Shown here: positions 34,546 to 43,012 of the stretch, in pieces
Position numbering within the stretch: position 1 is the first letter of the stretch
How the letters are laid out: the number at the start of each line of letters is the position of its first letter
Assembly: GCA_036274315.1 (NCBI GenBank)
Contig: DASUFY010000074.1
Location: forward strand, 698-64,697
Source of the DNA: Planctomycetota bacterium
Lineage (GTDB): Bacteria; Planctomycetota; UBA1135; UBA2386
Direction of reading: 5' to 3'
DNA: 64,000 nt
Translations under genes and position numbers: made by a program
Notes under the pieces: model-generated
What the model was told of the DNA's origin: nothing
The model's input: the letters and a program-made list of their open reading frames with translations, nothing else
Database searches by the model: none

Positions 34546-35358
34546 TCAGCCGCCGGCCGCGGGCGCCGGGAAGCGCGCTGTGAGCCACGGCGCCAGGTGC
34601 TGGCGGACGAGCGCAGCACTGCGTTCGGCATCGCTGCCGTACATGTAGGCGGACACCTGCACCATCGTGCCGCCGCACGCGTAGGCGCCGGCGAGCATCG
34701 TGCCGGACGTCGGCTGCTCGAGCAGCACCTCGACGTTGAAGCCGTGGCCGAGATCGTCGACGCGGTCGACCTTGCCGGCCAGCACGGTGTTCGGCGCGAT
34801 CGCCAGCGACAGGCGCTGACCGGGCCGCGGCTGGCCGCCCATCGCGGTGAGAAGCGCCGGCCACGCCGTGCCGACCGGTGCCTGCGTCGTCGCCGAGGCC
34901 TGCACGAGCGCACTGGGCTGTCCGGCGAAGTGGCGCAGGTAGCGCACCAGCACGCGGAAGAACGACGGCCAGCCGCTCTCCGTGCCCTCGAGCTGTTGGT
35001 CCCAGTCGTCGGTGCTCGCGAACAGACTGTGCACGACGCGCACGACGCAGGTGCCGCCGCGCCGCGCCTCGACCGTCCATTCGGTGGCCATCGTCGGCAT
35101 GCCGGGCGTCCAGCCCGGGGCCTCGGCCGCGAGCCGGAACGGCGGTTCGTAGGCCGTGATCTTCGCGGTCGAGATCATGCCGCCGCCGAAGTCGCTGACC
35201 ACTTCGCCGCCTTCGCGTCCGTCGACCTTCGTCGGCACGAACCACGCCGAGATGCCGGGGCCGGTGGCGATCGCCTGCCAGACCTGTTCGGGAGTGCCGG
35301 GGACTTCGACTTCGACGCGGACGCTGCGGCGGCCGTCGGGATCGCGTTGCATGCTCAT
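34546..35358 (-). CDS. SRPBCC (AHSA1/START-like) family protein, two-domain (270 aa)
   Basis: ORF 34546..35802 was trimmed to ATG 35358, which overlaps the ArsR gene's stop (ATGA). RSVRVEVEVPGTPEQVWQAIATGPGISAWFVP is a typical SRPBCC opening. An ArsR-SRPBCC pair is a common arrangement. Confidence 0.8.
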   Translation of the reverse strand: MSMQRDPDGRRSVRVEVEVPGTPEQVWQAIATGPGISAWFVPTKVDGREGGEVVSDFGGGMISTAKITAYEPPFRLAAEAPGWTPGMPTMATEWTVEARRGGTCVVRVVHSLFASTDDWDQQLEGTESGWPSFFRVLVRYLRHFAGQPSALVQASATTQAPVGTAWPALLTAMGGQPRPGQRLSLAIAPNTVLAGKVDRVDDLGHGFNVEVLLEQPTSGTMLAGAYACGGTMVQVSAYMYGSDAERSAALVRQHLAPWLTARFPAPAAGG

Positions 35359-35972
35359 GACTGCGTGGTGGGGGTTGTGGAAACGGAAGACGGGCCATCG
35401 CCGATCGGATGGGCGACGGCGACGAGTCGGTGCAATCGGCCACCGGGCGCCGAAGGATCGTGGTAGCGGGCCGCGAGCGACGCGATGCCCGCCGCGAGTT
35501 CCTCGCTGAACGCGGCGCGTTCCTCGGCGCTGCGGAAGCGGATCTCGGTGTCGATCGAGAGCGTCGCGAGCCGTTGGTTCGAACTCGCGGCGCGGCGCAG
35601 CAGCGCGCCGACTTCGCGCACGACGCGCGCGGCCAGCGCGAGCAGGTAGCTCGCGGACAGGCGATCGCACGCGCGGCCCGGATCGGCGGCCGCCGGACCG
35701 AGCGCGGCGGGCGACACCAGGTACGAAGCCGCCGTCGCCACCATGTGCCGCTCGGTGATGCCGCCCCACTTGCGCCGCCCGGCTTCGCGCACGAGGCCGC
35801 ACTGCTCGAGCGTGCGCAGGTGGTAGTTGACCTTCTGGCGCGCGATGCCGAAGCGTTCGGCGAGCACCGCGGCACTCGCGGGCTCGGTGAGGCCCGCGAG
35901 CAGTCGCGCGCGCGCGGGATCGAGCGCCGCCGCGGCGACGCCCGGGTCGTCGATGACTTCGACCTCCAGCAT
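35355..35972 (-). CDS. ArsR-family winged-helix transcriptional regulator (205 aa)
   Basis: The wHTH block is DPARARLLAGLTEPASAAVLAERFGIARQKVNYHLRTLEQCGLV. The gene is directly coupled to the SRPBCC gene. Confidence 0.85.
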   Translation of the reverse strand: MLEVEVIDDPGVAAAALDPARARLLAGLTEPASAAVLAERFGIARQKVNYHLRTLEQCGLVREAGRRKWGGITERHMVATAASYLVSPAALGPAAADPGRACDRLSASYLLALAARVVREVGALLRRAASSNQRLATLSIDTEIRFRSAEERAAFSEELAAGIASLAARYHDPSAPGGRLHRLVAVAHPIGDGPSSVSTTPTTQS

Positions 35973-36203
35973 GCGCGCATCGAAGCCTTGACGAGTATTC
36001 TTGTCAATAGGCTGGAGGTCGGTGACAAGCGACGGCTTGCAGGCAGGTTACGACCGTTCCTTGCACAACCGTGCATGCCGGGCGGCCCACGCCCCGGCGC
36101 GCGACGCTGCCGTGGTGGTCGGCCTCGCGGGGCTGCGCACATCTCGTCCCGCCGGCGCACGGTTCGCCCCCGCCGCCGCGCGAGCGCGGGCCGCCATGGG
36201 TAG

Positions 36204-36443
36204 AGGTCCTCGGGCGCGCAGGCTCGCCTCGTGCGCACGACGCTGCAGCAGTGCGAGGCCGACCTCGACCGTGCGCCGTTCGTGCGCGTGCACCGCTCGG
36301 CGATCGTCAACCTCGACGCCGTGGTCGACCGCCGCCGCCTGCCCGGCGGCGACTTCCGCCTGCGCACGCGGCATTGCGGCGAGCTGCTGCTGAGCCGCAC
36401 GCGCCGCCGTGCGTTCGACGCGGCGCTGGCGCGGCGGCGCTGA
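36204..36443 (+). pseudogene. remnant of a LytTR DNA-binding domain (C-terminal half only)
   Basis: The frame opens after TAG 36201-36203. It reads ...RTTLQQCEADLDRAPFVRVHRSAIVNLDAVVDRRRLPGGDFRLRTRHCGELLLSRTRRRAF, which fits the LytTR pattern L..LE..L....F.R.HRS.IVN......g...l.l..g..l.vSR. The N-terminal half of the domain and any receiver domain are not readable in any frame upstream. Confidence 0.45.
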
Positions 36444-36550
36444 CCGGCGATGCGGCGAAGGACTCCGGGATCCACGCGATGCAGGGCGTTGGCCGGCTCG
36501 TTCGGCGGCTGCACCACCGACAGACTGCTTCGCGGCGGCCCCGCACGGCG

Positions 36551-37531
36551 TCAGCCGCGGGCCGGGCGCCAGCGCGCCCCGCGGTGCAGCAGCACCGAAT
36601 CCAGCACCGAGACCGCCGCGGCGGCGACGAGCAGCCACATGCCGGCGAGCGGCGTCGGGCTCGCGAGGGCGTCGAGTTTCGTGAACACGACCAGCAGCGC
36701 CAGGACGAAGACGTCGAGCATCGACAGGCCGTCGAGCAGGAGCAGACGCTCGCGCCACTTGGCGTGCTGCGGGCGCACGAGCCGCAGCACGAACAGCGCG
36801 AGCAGACGCAGTGTCGGCAGCACCACGACGAACAGGAGCAGCGTGCTGCCGAGCACCCAATCGCCGCGTTGCAGCAGCTGGCCGACACCCCGCAGGAGCG
36901 AGTAGCGATTCCCCCAGAAGAAGCCCTTTTCGACGTCGAGCAGCGGCAACGACAGGCCGGCGCCGTACAGGACCGCGGCCGGCACGGTCAGCCAGAGTCC
37001 CCGTCGCGTGAACGGGCGTCGCGGTTGGCGCCGTCGGCTGCGCACGATCGCGCTCAGCAGCAGGATCGCCACGAGCGACAGCAGGATCGACGCGAGGTAG
37101 ACGTACGCGCCGGGCAGCGCGGCCGCCTGGCTCAGCAGGCCGAGCTGCACCGTGCCGACGAGCACGGCGATGACGAACGCGTCGAGCAGCGACCATTTGC
37201 CCAGTAGCTCGAGCCAGTCGACGATCTCGACTCGCGTCGGCTCGCGCGTGGGCACGAACCACAGCACGAGGATGCCGCCGAGCTTGATCGCCGGGAACGC
37301 GACCGAGAAACCGAACAGCAGCAGCGCCAACAGGATGTTGCCCGAGGTTGCGAAGCTCCAGATGCCGGAAACCACCGAGAACGTCTCGTCGCCGACCAGG
37401 AACAAGTTGTCGAAAGTGAGCGCCGGCCGCGTCACCCCGAATACGAGCAACGCAAGCGCGAGACCCGCGACGATCGGCACGTCGACGCGGCGCGGGGACT
37501 CCAGGCGAAGGGATCGGAGGTCGTTCACCAT
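36551..37531 (-). CDS. PqiA-family integral membrane protein (326 aa)
   Basis: ORF 36551..37738 was trimmed to ATG 37531. It has multiple TM segments in two similar halves (…GNILLALLLFGFSVAFPAIKL… and …GSTLLLFVVVLPTLRLLALFVL…, each followed by LLD.F/LDVFV). No MCE (PqiB-like) partner is adjacent. Confidence 0.65.
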   Translation of the reverse strand: MVNDLRSLRLESPRRVDVPIVAGLALALLVFGVTRPALTFDNLFLVGDETFSVVSGIWSFATSGNILLALLLFGFSVAFPAIKLGGILVLWFVPTREPTRVEIVDWLELLGKWSLLDAFVIAVLVGTVQLGLLSQAAALPGAYVYLASILLSLVAILLLSAIVRSRRRQPRRPFTRRGLWLTVPAAVLYGAGLSLPLLDVEKGFFWGNRYSLLRGVGQLLQRGDWVLGSTLLLFVVVLPTLRLLALFVLRLVRPQHAKWRERLLLLDGLSMLDVFVLALLVVFTKLDALASPTPLAGMWLLVAAAAVSVLDSVLLHRGARWRPARG

Positions 37532-37626
37532 GCCGCGGCCCCATGGTAATCGACTCGGGGCCGTGCGCCGATGTCGATCCCGAACCGCGCGAGCATCGCG
37601 CGACGCGGCCCTCGACCGCGGGTCGG

Positions 37627-38280
37627 ATGGCGATCCACGGGCCCACGTTCGCCGACTTCCTCGCGAGGTTCGCGGCCGCCGCCGCCGACTACGCCGGCAT
37701 GTATCTTCGCACGAAGGGTGTCGACGCGACGCCGGCACAGCGCGAACAGGCGATCGCCGACCTCGAGAAGGTGCTCGGCATGACCGAGGACGACTCCATC
37801 GTCGAACGCATCCACCGCGCGATCTGGGAGGAGCAGCACCTCGGCATCGGCAAGGCGGCGCCCGACATCGAGGGCGAGGACCTCGACGGCGTGGCGTTCA
37901 AGCTCAGCGACCATCGCGGCAAGGTGGTCATGCTCACCTTCTGGGGCGATTGGTGAGGCCCCTGCCGGGCCATGTACCCGCACGAGCGGTCGCTCGTGCA
38001 CGATCTCGCCGACGAGCCGTTCGTCCTGATCGGCGTCAACAGCGACGAGGACAAGGATGCGCTGAAGCCGCGGCTCGCCGAGGAGCGCATCTCGTGGCGC
38101 AGCTCCAGGAACGGTCCCGAGGGCACCGAGGGGCCGATCGCCAAGGCCTGGAACGTGACCGGCTGGCCCATGGTCTACGTCATCGACCACGACGGAGTGA
38201 TCCGGCACAAGAGCCACGGCGGCGAGGCCATGGACGCGGCGCTGAGGAAGTGCATCGAGCTGGCCAACATGAATCGCTGA
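37627..38280 (+). CDS. thioredoxin-fold thiol:disulfide oxidoreductase (TlpA/redoxin-like) with an in-frame TGA at the CxxC position; candidate selenoprotein (motif W-U-G-P-C)
   Basis: Track ORFs 37543..37956 and 37972..38280 are in the same frame and are separated only by TGA 37954-37956. Read-through gives GKAAPDIEGEDLDGVAFKLSDHRGKVVMLTFWGDW-[TGA]-GPCRAMYPHERSLVHDLADEPFVLIGVNSD...GWPMVYVIDHDGVIRH. This is the canonical redoxin layout with TGA where the first Cys of WCxPC sits. The start is ATG 37627 (alternative 37543). No signal peptide is seen. Confidence 0.7.
37980..37999 (+). promoter_or_regulatory. candidate bacterial SECIS-type hairpin (8-bp stem, GGUC tetraloop) downstream of the in-frame UGA
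   Basis: G-CACGAGC-GGUC-GCUCGUG-C was read directly from the sequence. The stem starts 24 nt after the UGA and the loop starts 31 nt after it. The GGUC loop matches my recollection of the apical loop of the E. coli fdhF SECIS. Confidence 0.5.
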
Positions 38281-38541
38281 CAGGCGCGACGCTGTGAATG
38301 GCGCCCCGGAGCCACTGGCTGAACCCGCTGATGGCGCTGCTTGGTGCCGCCGGCCACGTGCGGTCCAGCGGTAGTCGGGTGGAGTGGCGAGCGCGCCTCG
38401 AGCGCCCGCTTGACGCGCAATCGCCGCTTGGGGAACGTGCCCTCGCGGCCGGGTACCGGGACACGAGTTGGAGTCGGCTCGCTCTCCGGTGCACCCATCG
38501 TGGCGCCGCGCCCGGTCCAGGCAGCGGTCCCCTCCACCCAC

Positions 38542-39642
38542 ATGCCGCGACACCTCCCCGTTCTCGACGGTCTGCGCGGCGTCGCCGTGCTGCTCGTCAT
38601 GTGGTGTCACGTGCCGGCCCACACGCCGGGCTACCCGAGCTGGCTCAACGCGGCGCTCATGCTCGTCGGACCCGGTTCGCTCGGCGTCGAGATCTTCTTC
38701 GTGCTGAGCGGCTTCCTCATCACGCGCATCCTGCTCGCCGAGCGCGCCGCCGGCACGCCGCTGCGCTGGTTCCTGCTGCGGCGCGCGTTCCGCATCTTCC
38801 CGGCCTACTACGTGCTGCTGTTGCTGCTGCTGCCGACGCGGCCGCTCGACGAGATCGCCTGGTGCGCGATCTACCTGCACAACCTCGATGCGATCCTGCG
38901 GCCGCACGCGACTCCGCTGGGCCACACGTGGTCGCTCTGCGTCGAGGAGCACTTCTACCTGATGTGGCCGCCGCTCGTCGCGTTCGCGGCCGCGGCGACG
39001 GCCGCGCGCGTGCTCGCGTGGGCCGTGCTGCCGCTCGCGTTCGCGGGCGCGGTGCTCGTCGGCTGCACGGTGCACTCCGACTACGTGATGAACGCGGTGC
39101 AGCACGGCTCGCCGTTCCGCTTCTTCAGCCTGGGCGCCGGCTGCCTGCTGGCATTCCACGAACGACCGCTGCTCGAGCGCTCGCGCGCGCGCGCGCTCGT
39201 CGTCGCGGGCTGCCTCGCGGTCGCGCTCGCGATGCACCCGCTGCTGCTCTATGTGCTGGGTCCGTGGTGGAGCGGCCGCCTCTGGCTGCCGCTCGAACTC
39301 CAGCAGGCGACATGGCTCCTGCACAGCACGTCGCTCGCCACGGCGATCGTGCTGCTCGGCATCGGCACGCGCGCGACGGGCCGCTCGCCGCTGCGGCTGC
39401 TGACCTGGTCGCCGCTGCGCGGCGTCGGCCGCATCAGCTACGGCCTCTACCTGTACCACTTCCCGATCTACTGGGCGCTGCTGCTCCACGCGCCGACACC
39501 GGCGCTCGCGGCCGCCGCGATCGTGCTCACGTTCGTCGCCGCCATCGTCTCCTACTGGATGCTCGAGCGGCCGCTCCTGCGCTACGCGGGCCGCTTCCGC
39601 GGCGCGCCGCCGCCGAGCGCCATCGTGGGCGCCTCGGCGTGA
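38542..39642 (+). CDS. acyltransferase family 3 (OafA/YrhL-like) membrane protein (366 aa)
   Basis: ORF 38341..39642 was trimmed to ATG 38542. Family motifs are HLPVLDGLRGVAVLLVMWCH, LGVEIFFVLSGFLITRIL and RRAFRIFPAYY, plus many TM segments. Confidence 0.85.
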   Translation: MPRHLPVLDGLRGVAVLLVMWCHVPAHTPGYPSWLNAALMLVGPGSLGVEIFFVLSGFLITRILLAERAAGTPLRWFLLRRAFRIFPAYYVLLLLLLPTRPLDEIAWCAIYLHNLDAILRPHATPLGHTWSLCVEEHFYLMWPPLVAFAAAATAARVLAWAVLPLAFAGAVLVGCTVHSDYVMNAVQHGSPFRFFSLGAGCLLAFHERPLLERSRARALVVAGCLAVALAMHPLLLYVLGPWWSGRLWLPLELQQATWLLHSTSLATAIVLLGIGTRATGRSPLRLLTWSPLRGVGRISYGLYLYHFPIYWALLLHAPTPALAAAAIVLTFVAAIVSYWMLERPLLRYAGRFRGAPPPSAIVGASA

Positions 39643-39705
39643 GATCGCCGTGCGCCGGCGCCGCTGCCGATTCCACCGACCGCTGGCGCCCGGTGGCGAC
39701 GTAGG

Positions 39706-40740
39706 GTGTCGCATGACGAGCCGCAGCAGGAAGCGATGGGAGTGATGCGGTGGCTGGTCGACCGCCTCGGCGCGCGGCAGGGGTTCGGCTCGCGCGGTCC
39801 CGGCGGGCAGCTGATCGCGCACGAAGTGCCGCGCATCTTCCACCACTGGGAACACACGCACGTGCAACCGCTGCTGCACGAACTCGGTGTCTGGGACGCC
39901 GCGACGCTGTTCGGGCACCACCTGCGCGACGGTGCTGCGCGCACCGGCAACGCGACACCGCGCTTCCTGAGCCTCGGCGCCGGTGACTGCCAGCTCGAGC
40001 TGACGCTGGCGAAGGCGTTCGTGAAGGGCGGCCTGCGCACGTTCACGATCGACTGCGTCGAACCCGACCTCCTGCTGCGCGGGCGGGCGCGGGCGTCCGC
40101 GCTGGCGCAGGGGCTCGAGCAGCACGTGGTCGGCGTCGCCGCCGATCTGAACACCTGGTCGGCGCGGCATCGCTACGACGGCGTGATGGCGAACGGTTCG
40201 TTGCACCGCGTCGTGCGGCTCGAGCGGCTGCTCGACGGTGTGCAGAAGGTCATGGCCGACGGCGCCTGGTTCGTCGTGCGCGCGCGCATCGGCAGGAACG
40301 GCCACCTGCGTTGGCCCGAGGCGCTCGCCGAAGTGCATCAACTCTGGCAGGACCTGCCGCCGAGCCATCGTTGGGACCACCACCTGCGGCGCAGCCAGCA
40401 GACGTTCACCGACTGGGACAACTCGCGCATCGGCGACGACGGAGTGCGCGCGCAGGACGTGCTGCCCGAACTGCTCGAGCGCTTCTCGATGCCGTTGTTC
40501 GCCGGCTTCGGCAACCTGATCGACGTGTTCGTCGGCACGGCGTTCGGCCCCAACTTCTCGCCGGAGAGTGCTTGGGATCGCGACTTCATCGCGAGCGTGC
40601 ACGAACGCGACGAGGAGTTGCTGACAGCGGGCAGGTTGACGCCCACGCACATGTTCGCGGTGATGGCGCGCGGCGCCGAACCCGTGCGGGCGCAGGCACG
40701 CGGCCTGCGGCCCGAGCAGTGCGTCCGGCAACGTCGGTAG
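39706..40740 (+). CDS. class I SAM-dependent methyltransferase-like protein (344 aa)
   Basis: The start is GTG 39706 (alternative ATG 39736). PRFLSLGAGDCQLELTLA fits SAM-binding motif I, with DGVMANGSLHRV as a post-I/II block. The substrate is unknown. Confidence 0.65.
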   Translation: MSHDEPQQEAMGVMRWLVDRLGARQGFGSRGPGGQLIAHEVPRIFHHWEHTHVQPLLHELGVWDAATLFGHHLRDGAARTGNATPRFLSLGAGDCQLELTLAKAFVKGGLRTFTIDCVEPDLLLRGRARASALAQGLEQHVVGVAADLNTWSARHRYDGVMANGSLHRVVRLERLLDGVQKVMADGAWFVVRARIGRNGHLRWPEALAEVHQLWQDLPPSHRWDHHLRRSQQTFTDWDNSRIGDDGVRAQDVLPELLERFSMPLFAGFGNLIDVFVGTAFGPNFSPESAWDRDFIASVHERDEELLTAGRLTPTHMFAVMARGAEPVRAQARGLRPEQCVRQRR

Positions 40741-40795
40741 GCCGGGCCTCTCGTCGGCGCTGCGCCCGGTCCCTGCCTGCGGCCGCCGCCGGGGG

Positions 40796-41896
40796 TCAGA
40801 ACCCGATGCGGATCTCGGCGCCGCTGGAGAACGACAGGTTGCCTGGCACCAGTTCGAACACGACGTGCTGCGCGTAGAAGAACTGGCCGCCGAAGCCGGG
40901 CGGGATCGGGATCGGCGTGACGAAGATGCCGCTGTTGTCGACGGTGCCGCCGAGCATCACGTCCGGGCTGACCAGCAGGCGGCAGCCCGAGGTGCCGAAG
41001 ATCGGGTCGACGTTCAAGGGCAGGCTCGCGCCGCCGCTGCTCGTGCGCGAGGCGCCGAAGCACAGGATGCCGAAGCTGTTGTGCAGGTGGAACGTCGACA
41101 GCAGCTGGTAACCGGTGCCCGGGTACGGCAGGAAGGTGTGGCTGATGGCCGGGGTGCCATTGGTGCCGGCGCAGCCGGTCCCGAACGGCGTGGTCGAGCC
41201 GAAGCGTTCCTCGCAGCCGCGCAGGTCGGTCCAACCGGGGCTGCTGCCGATCAGGGTCAGGCTGCCGTTGACCGTGTTGACCTCGTAGAGTTCGTTGCGC
41301 CCGGCGAGCACGCGGCCGTCGCTCATCGTCGTCAGGAACTGCACGTCGACGCCGCCGCTGCCCATGAACGGATGCAGGTCGCTGGCGGCCCCGTTCGTCG
41401 GGTTGACGTTGATCAGGCCGTTGGTGGCGTTCCAGGCCAGCAGCGTGGCGCCGTGCCGCGTCAGCGCCTGCACGCCGGTGAAGCCGAGGCTGCCGATGGT
41501 CGTGAACGCGCCGGTCGTCGTGTCGATGCGCATCAGCACGTCGCTGGTGCTGCCGGGCACGACCGCCAACAGGTCGCCGCTCGCCGTCGTCGCCATGCCG
41601 CGCACGTCGAAGCCGGTGTTGAAGAACACGCGCGTGCCGGCGTTGGTGCGTTCGTCGAAGGTGGCGATGTGGAACAGAGGGGCGAACACGGTGCCCGTCC
41701 GTTCACTCGTCCAGATCGTGCCGCCGAAGCGCGCCATGGCGTTGCAGCCGGTGAGGCCGGAAGACGCCGAGAAGCCCGAGATGCCCGAAGTGGAGTGGAT
41801 GGCGGTGGCGGTGCCGTTGAACGACAGCGCGATCAGATCCTGGGCCGGAGCCGGCGCGATGCCCTAGAGCGCCGCGAACAGGAAGCGGGTGTTCAT
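40796..41896 (-). pseudogene. secreted protein with the recurrent C-terminal module, interrupted by an in-frame TAG in the signal peptide (codon 11)
   Basis: Track ORF 40796..41737 starts at an internal Met with no signal peptide. The same frame extended upstream reads ATG 41896 MNTRFLFAAL-TAG(41864-41866)-GIAPAPAQDLIALSFNGTATAIHSTSG...NAMARFGG. That is a normal signal peptide and mature N-terminus broken by one stop. The tail is FGTGCAG...VDPIFGTSGCRLLV...FYAQHVVFELVPGNLSFSSGAEIRIGF. Confidence 0.65.
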
Positions 41897-42034
41897 GCCC
41901 TGCAAGAGGTCCCGGTGCGACGTTTCCTTACCGAGGATGCGGAAGATCGTGGCGGGCGAGCGAACGGCGGCCGGCGCCCCTGTCGGCCACGGCTGGCCTG
42001 CCGGGCGCGGCTTCCTAGAATCGAGGGCGGTTCC

Positions 42035-42970
42035 ATGCGCGGCCCAACCTCACGACGACTCGGCACCTCGCTGCCGGTGATCGCTGCGCTCGCAGCAGGC
42101 GCCGCGCTGCTCCCGGCACAGCGCGGCCCCGACGCGGCGCCCCGGGCACGCGCGTCGGCCGTTTCCGAGCTCCGCGACCTCGCCTATCGCGACGGCGCCG
42201 ATGCCGATCCCAAGAAGCACCGGCTCGATCTGTTCCTGCCGACCGGCGCGACGAACGTGCCGGTGCTGATGTGGATCCACGGCGGCGGCTGGCAGATGGG
42301 GGACCGGTGGCTCTATGCGTCGGTCGGCCGCCGCTTCGCCGAGGCCGGCATCGGCTTCGCGGCGATCAGCTACCGCCTGTCGCCGCAGGTCCGGCATCCC
42401 GCGCACGTCGAGGATTGCGCGAGCGCCTTCGCCTGGCTGCACGCGCACGTCGCCGAGCACGGCGGCGACCCCGAACGGCTGTTCGTCGCCGGCCAGTCCG
42501 CCGGTGGTCATCTGGCGGCGCTGCTCGCGTGCGATCCCCGCTACCTGCGTGCCGCCGGGTTGCCCGATGGCGCGCTCAAGGGCGCGATTCCGATGAGCGG
42601 CGTGTACGAGATTCCGGCGCTGCCGGCGGACACGAATCGGCTCCTGAAGATGTTCCCGGTCTGTTTCGGCAGCGACCCGGAGGTCTGCCGGAACGCGTCG
42701 CCGACCACCCACGTCGGCACGCTCACCTGCCCGATGCTCGTGATCACCGAGAGCGAGGACATCGGGATGATCCGGTCCAACATGGAGCTGCTGCGCGCGG
42801 CCGCGCGGGCCGCCGGCGTGCAGGGTGTGCGGTTCCTCGACGCCGAACACCGCAACCACATCACGATCGTGACCCATCTCGCGCAGCTGCGCGACGAGCC
42901 GGTGCGCAACTCGATGCTCGAGTTCGTGCGCCAGCGGTGCCGCGAACTGGCCGCGAAGCCGCCGCGGTGA
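42035..42970 (+). CDS. secreted alpha/beta hydrolase (carboxylesterase-like, 311 aa)
   Basis: This is the tail of ORF 40865..42970, starting at ATG 42035. The signal is LPVIAALAAGAALLPAQ. The oxyanion motif is WIHGGGW. The nucleophile elbow is GQSAGGH. Confidence 0.85.
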   Translation: MRGPTSRRLGTSLPVIAALAAGAALLPAQRGPDAAPRARASAVSELRDLAYRDGADADPKKHRLDLFLPTGATNVPVLMWIHGGGWQMGDRWLYASVGRRFAEAGIGFAAISYRLSPQVRHPAHVEDCASAFAWLHAHVAEHGGDPERLFVAGQSAGGHLAALLACDPRYLRAAGLPDGALKGAIPMSGVYEIPALPADTNRLLKMFPVCFGSDPEVCRNASPTTHVGTLTCPMLVITESEDIGMIRSNMELLRAAARAAGVQGVRFLDAEHRNHITIVTHLAQLRDEPVRNSMLEFVRQRCRELAAKPPR

Positions 42971-43012
42971 CCGGGGCGCTCGTCCAGCGGTGCGAGCACC
43001 CTGACGGCTACG

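Noticed and set aside
37957-37971. The hairpin GGCCC-CUGCC-GGGCC immediately after the in-frame UGA, considered as the SECIS element.
   Set aside because: It starts at +1 after the UGA, so its loop is too close for the spacing I recall for bacterial SECIS elements. The downstream GGUC-loop hairpin fits better. It may still contribute to local structure.
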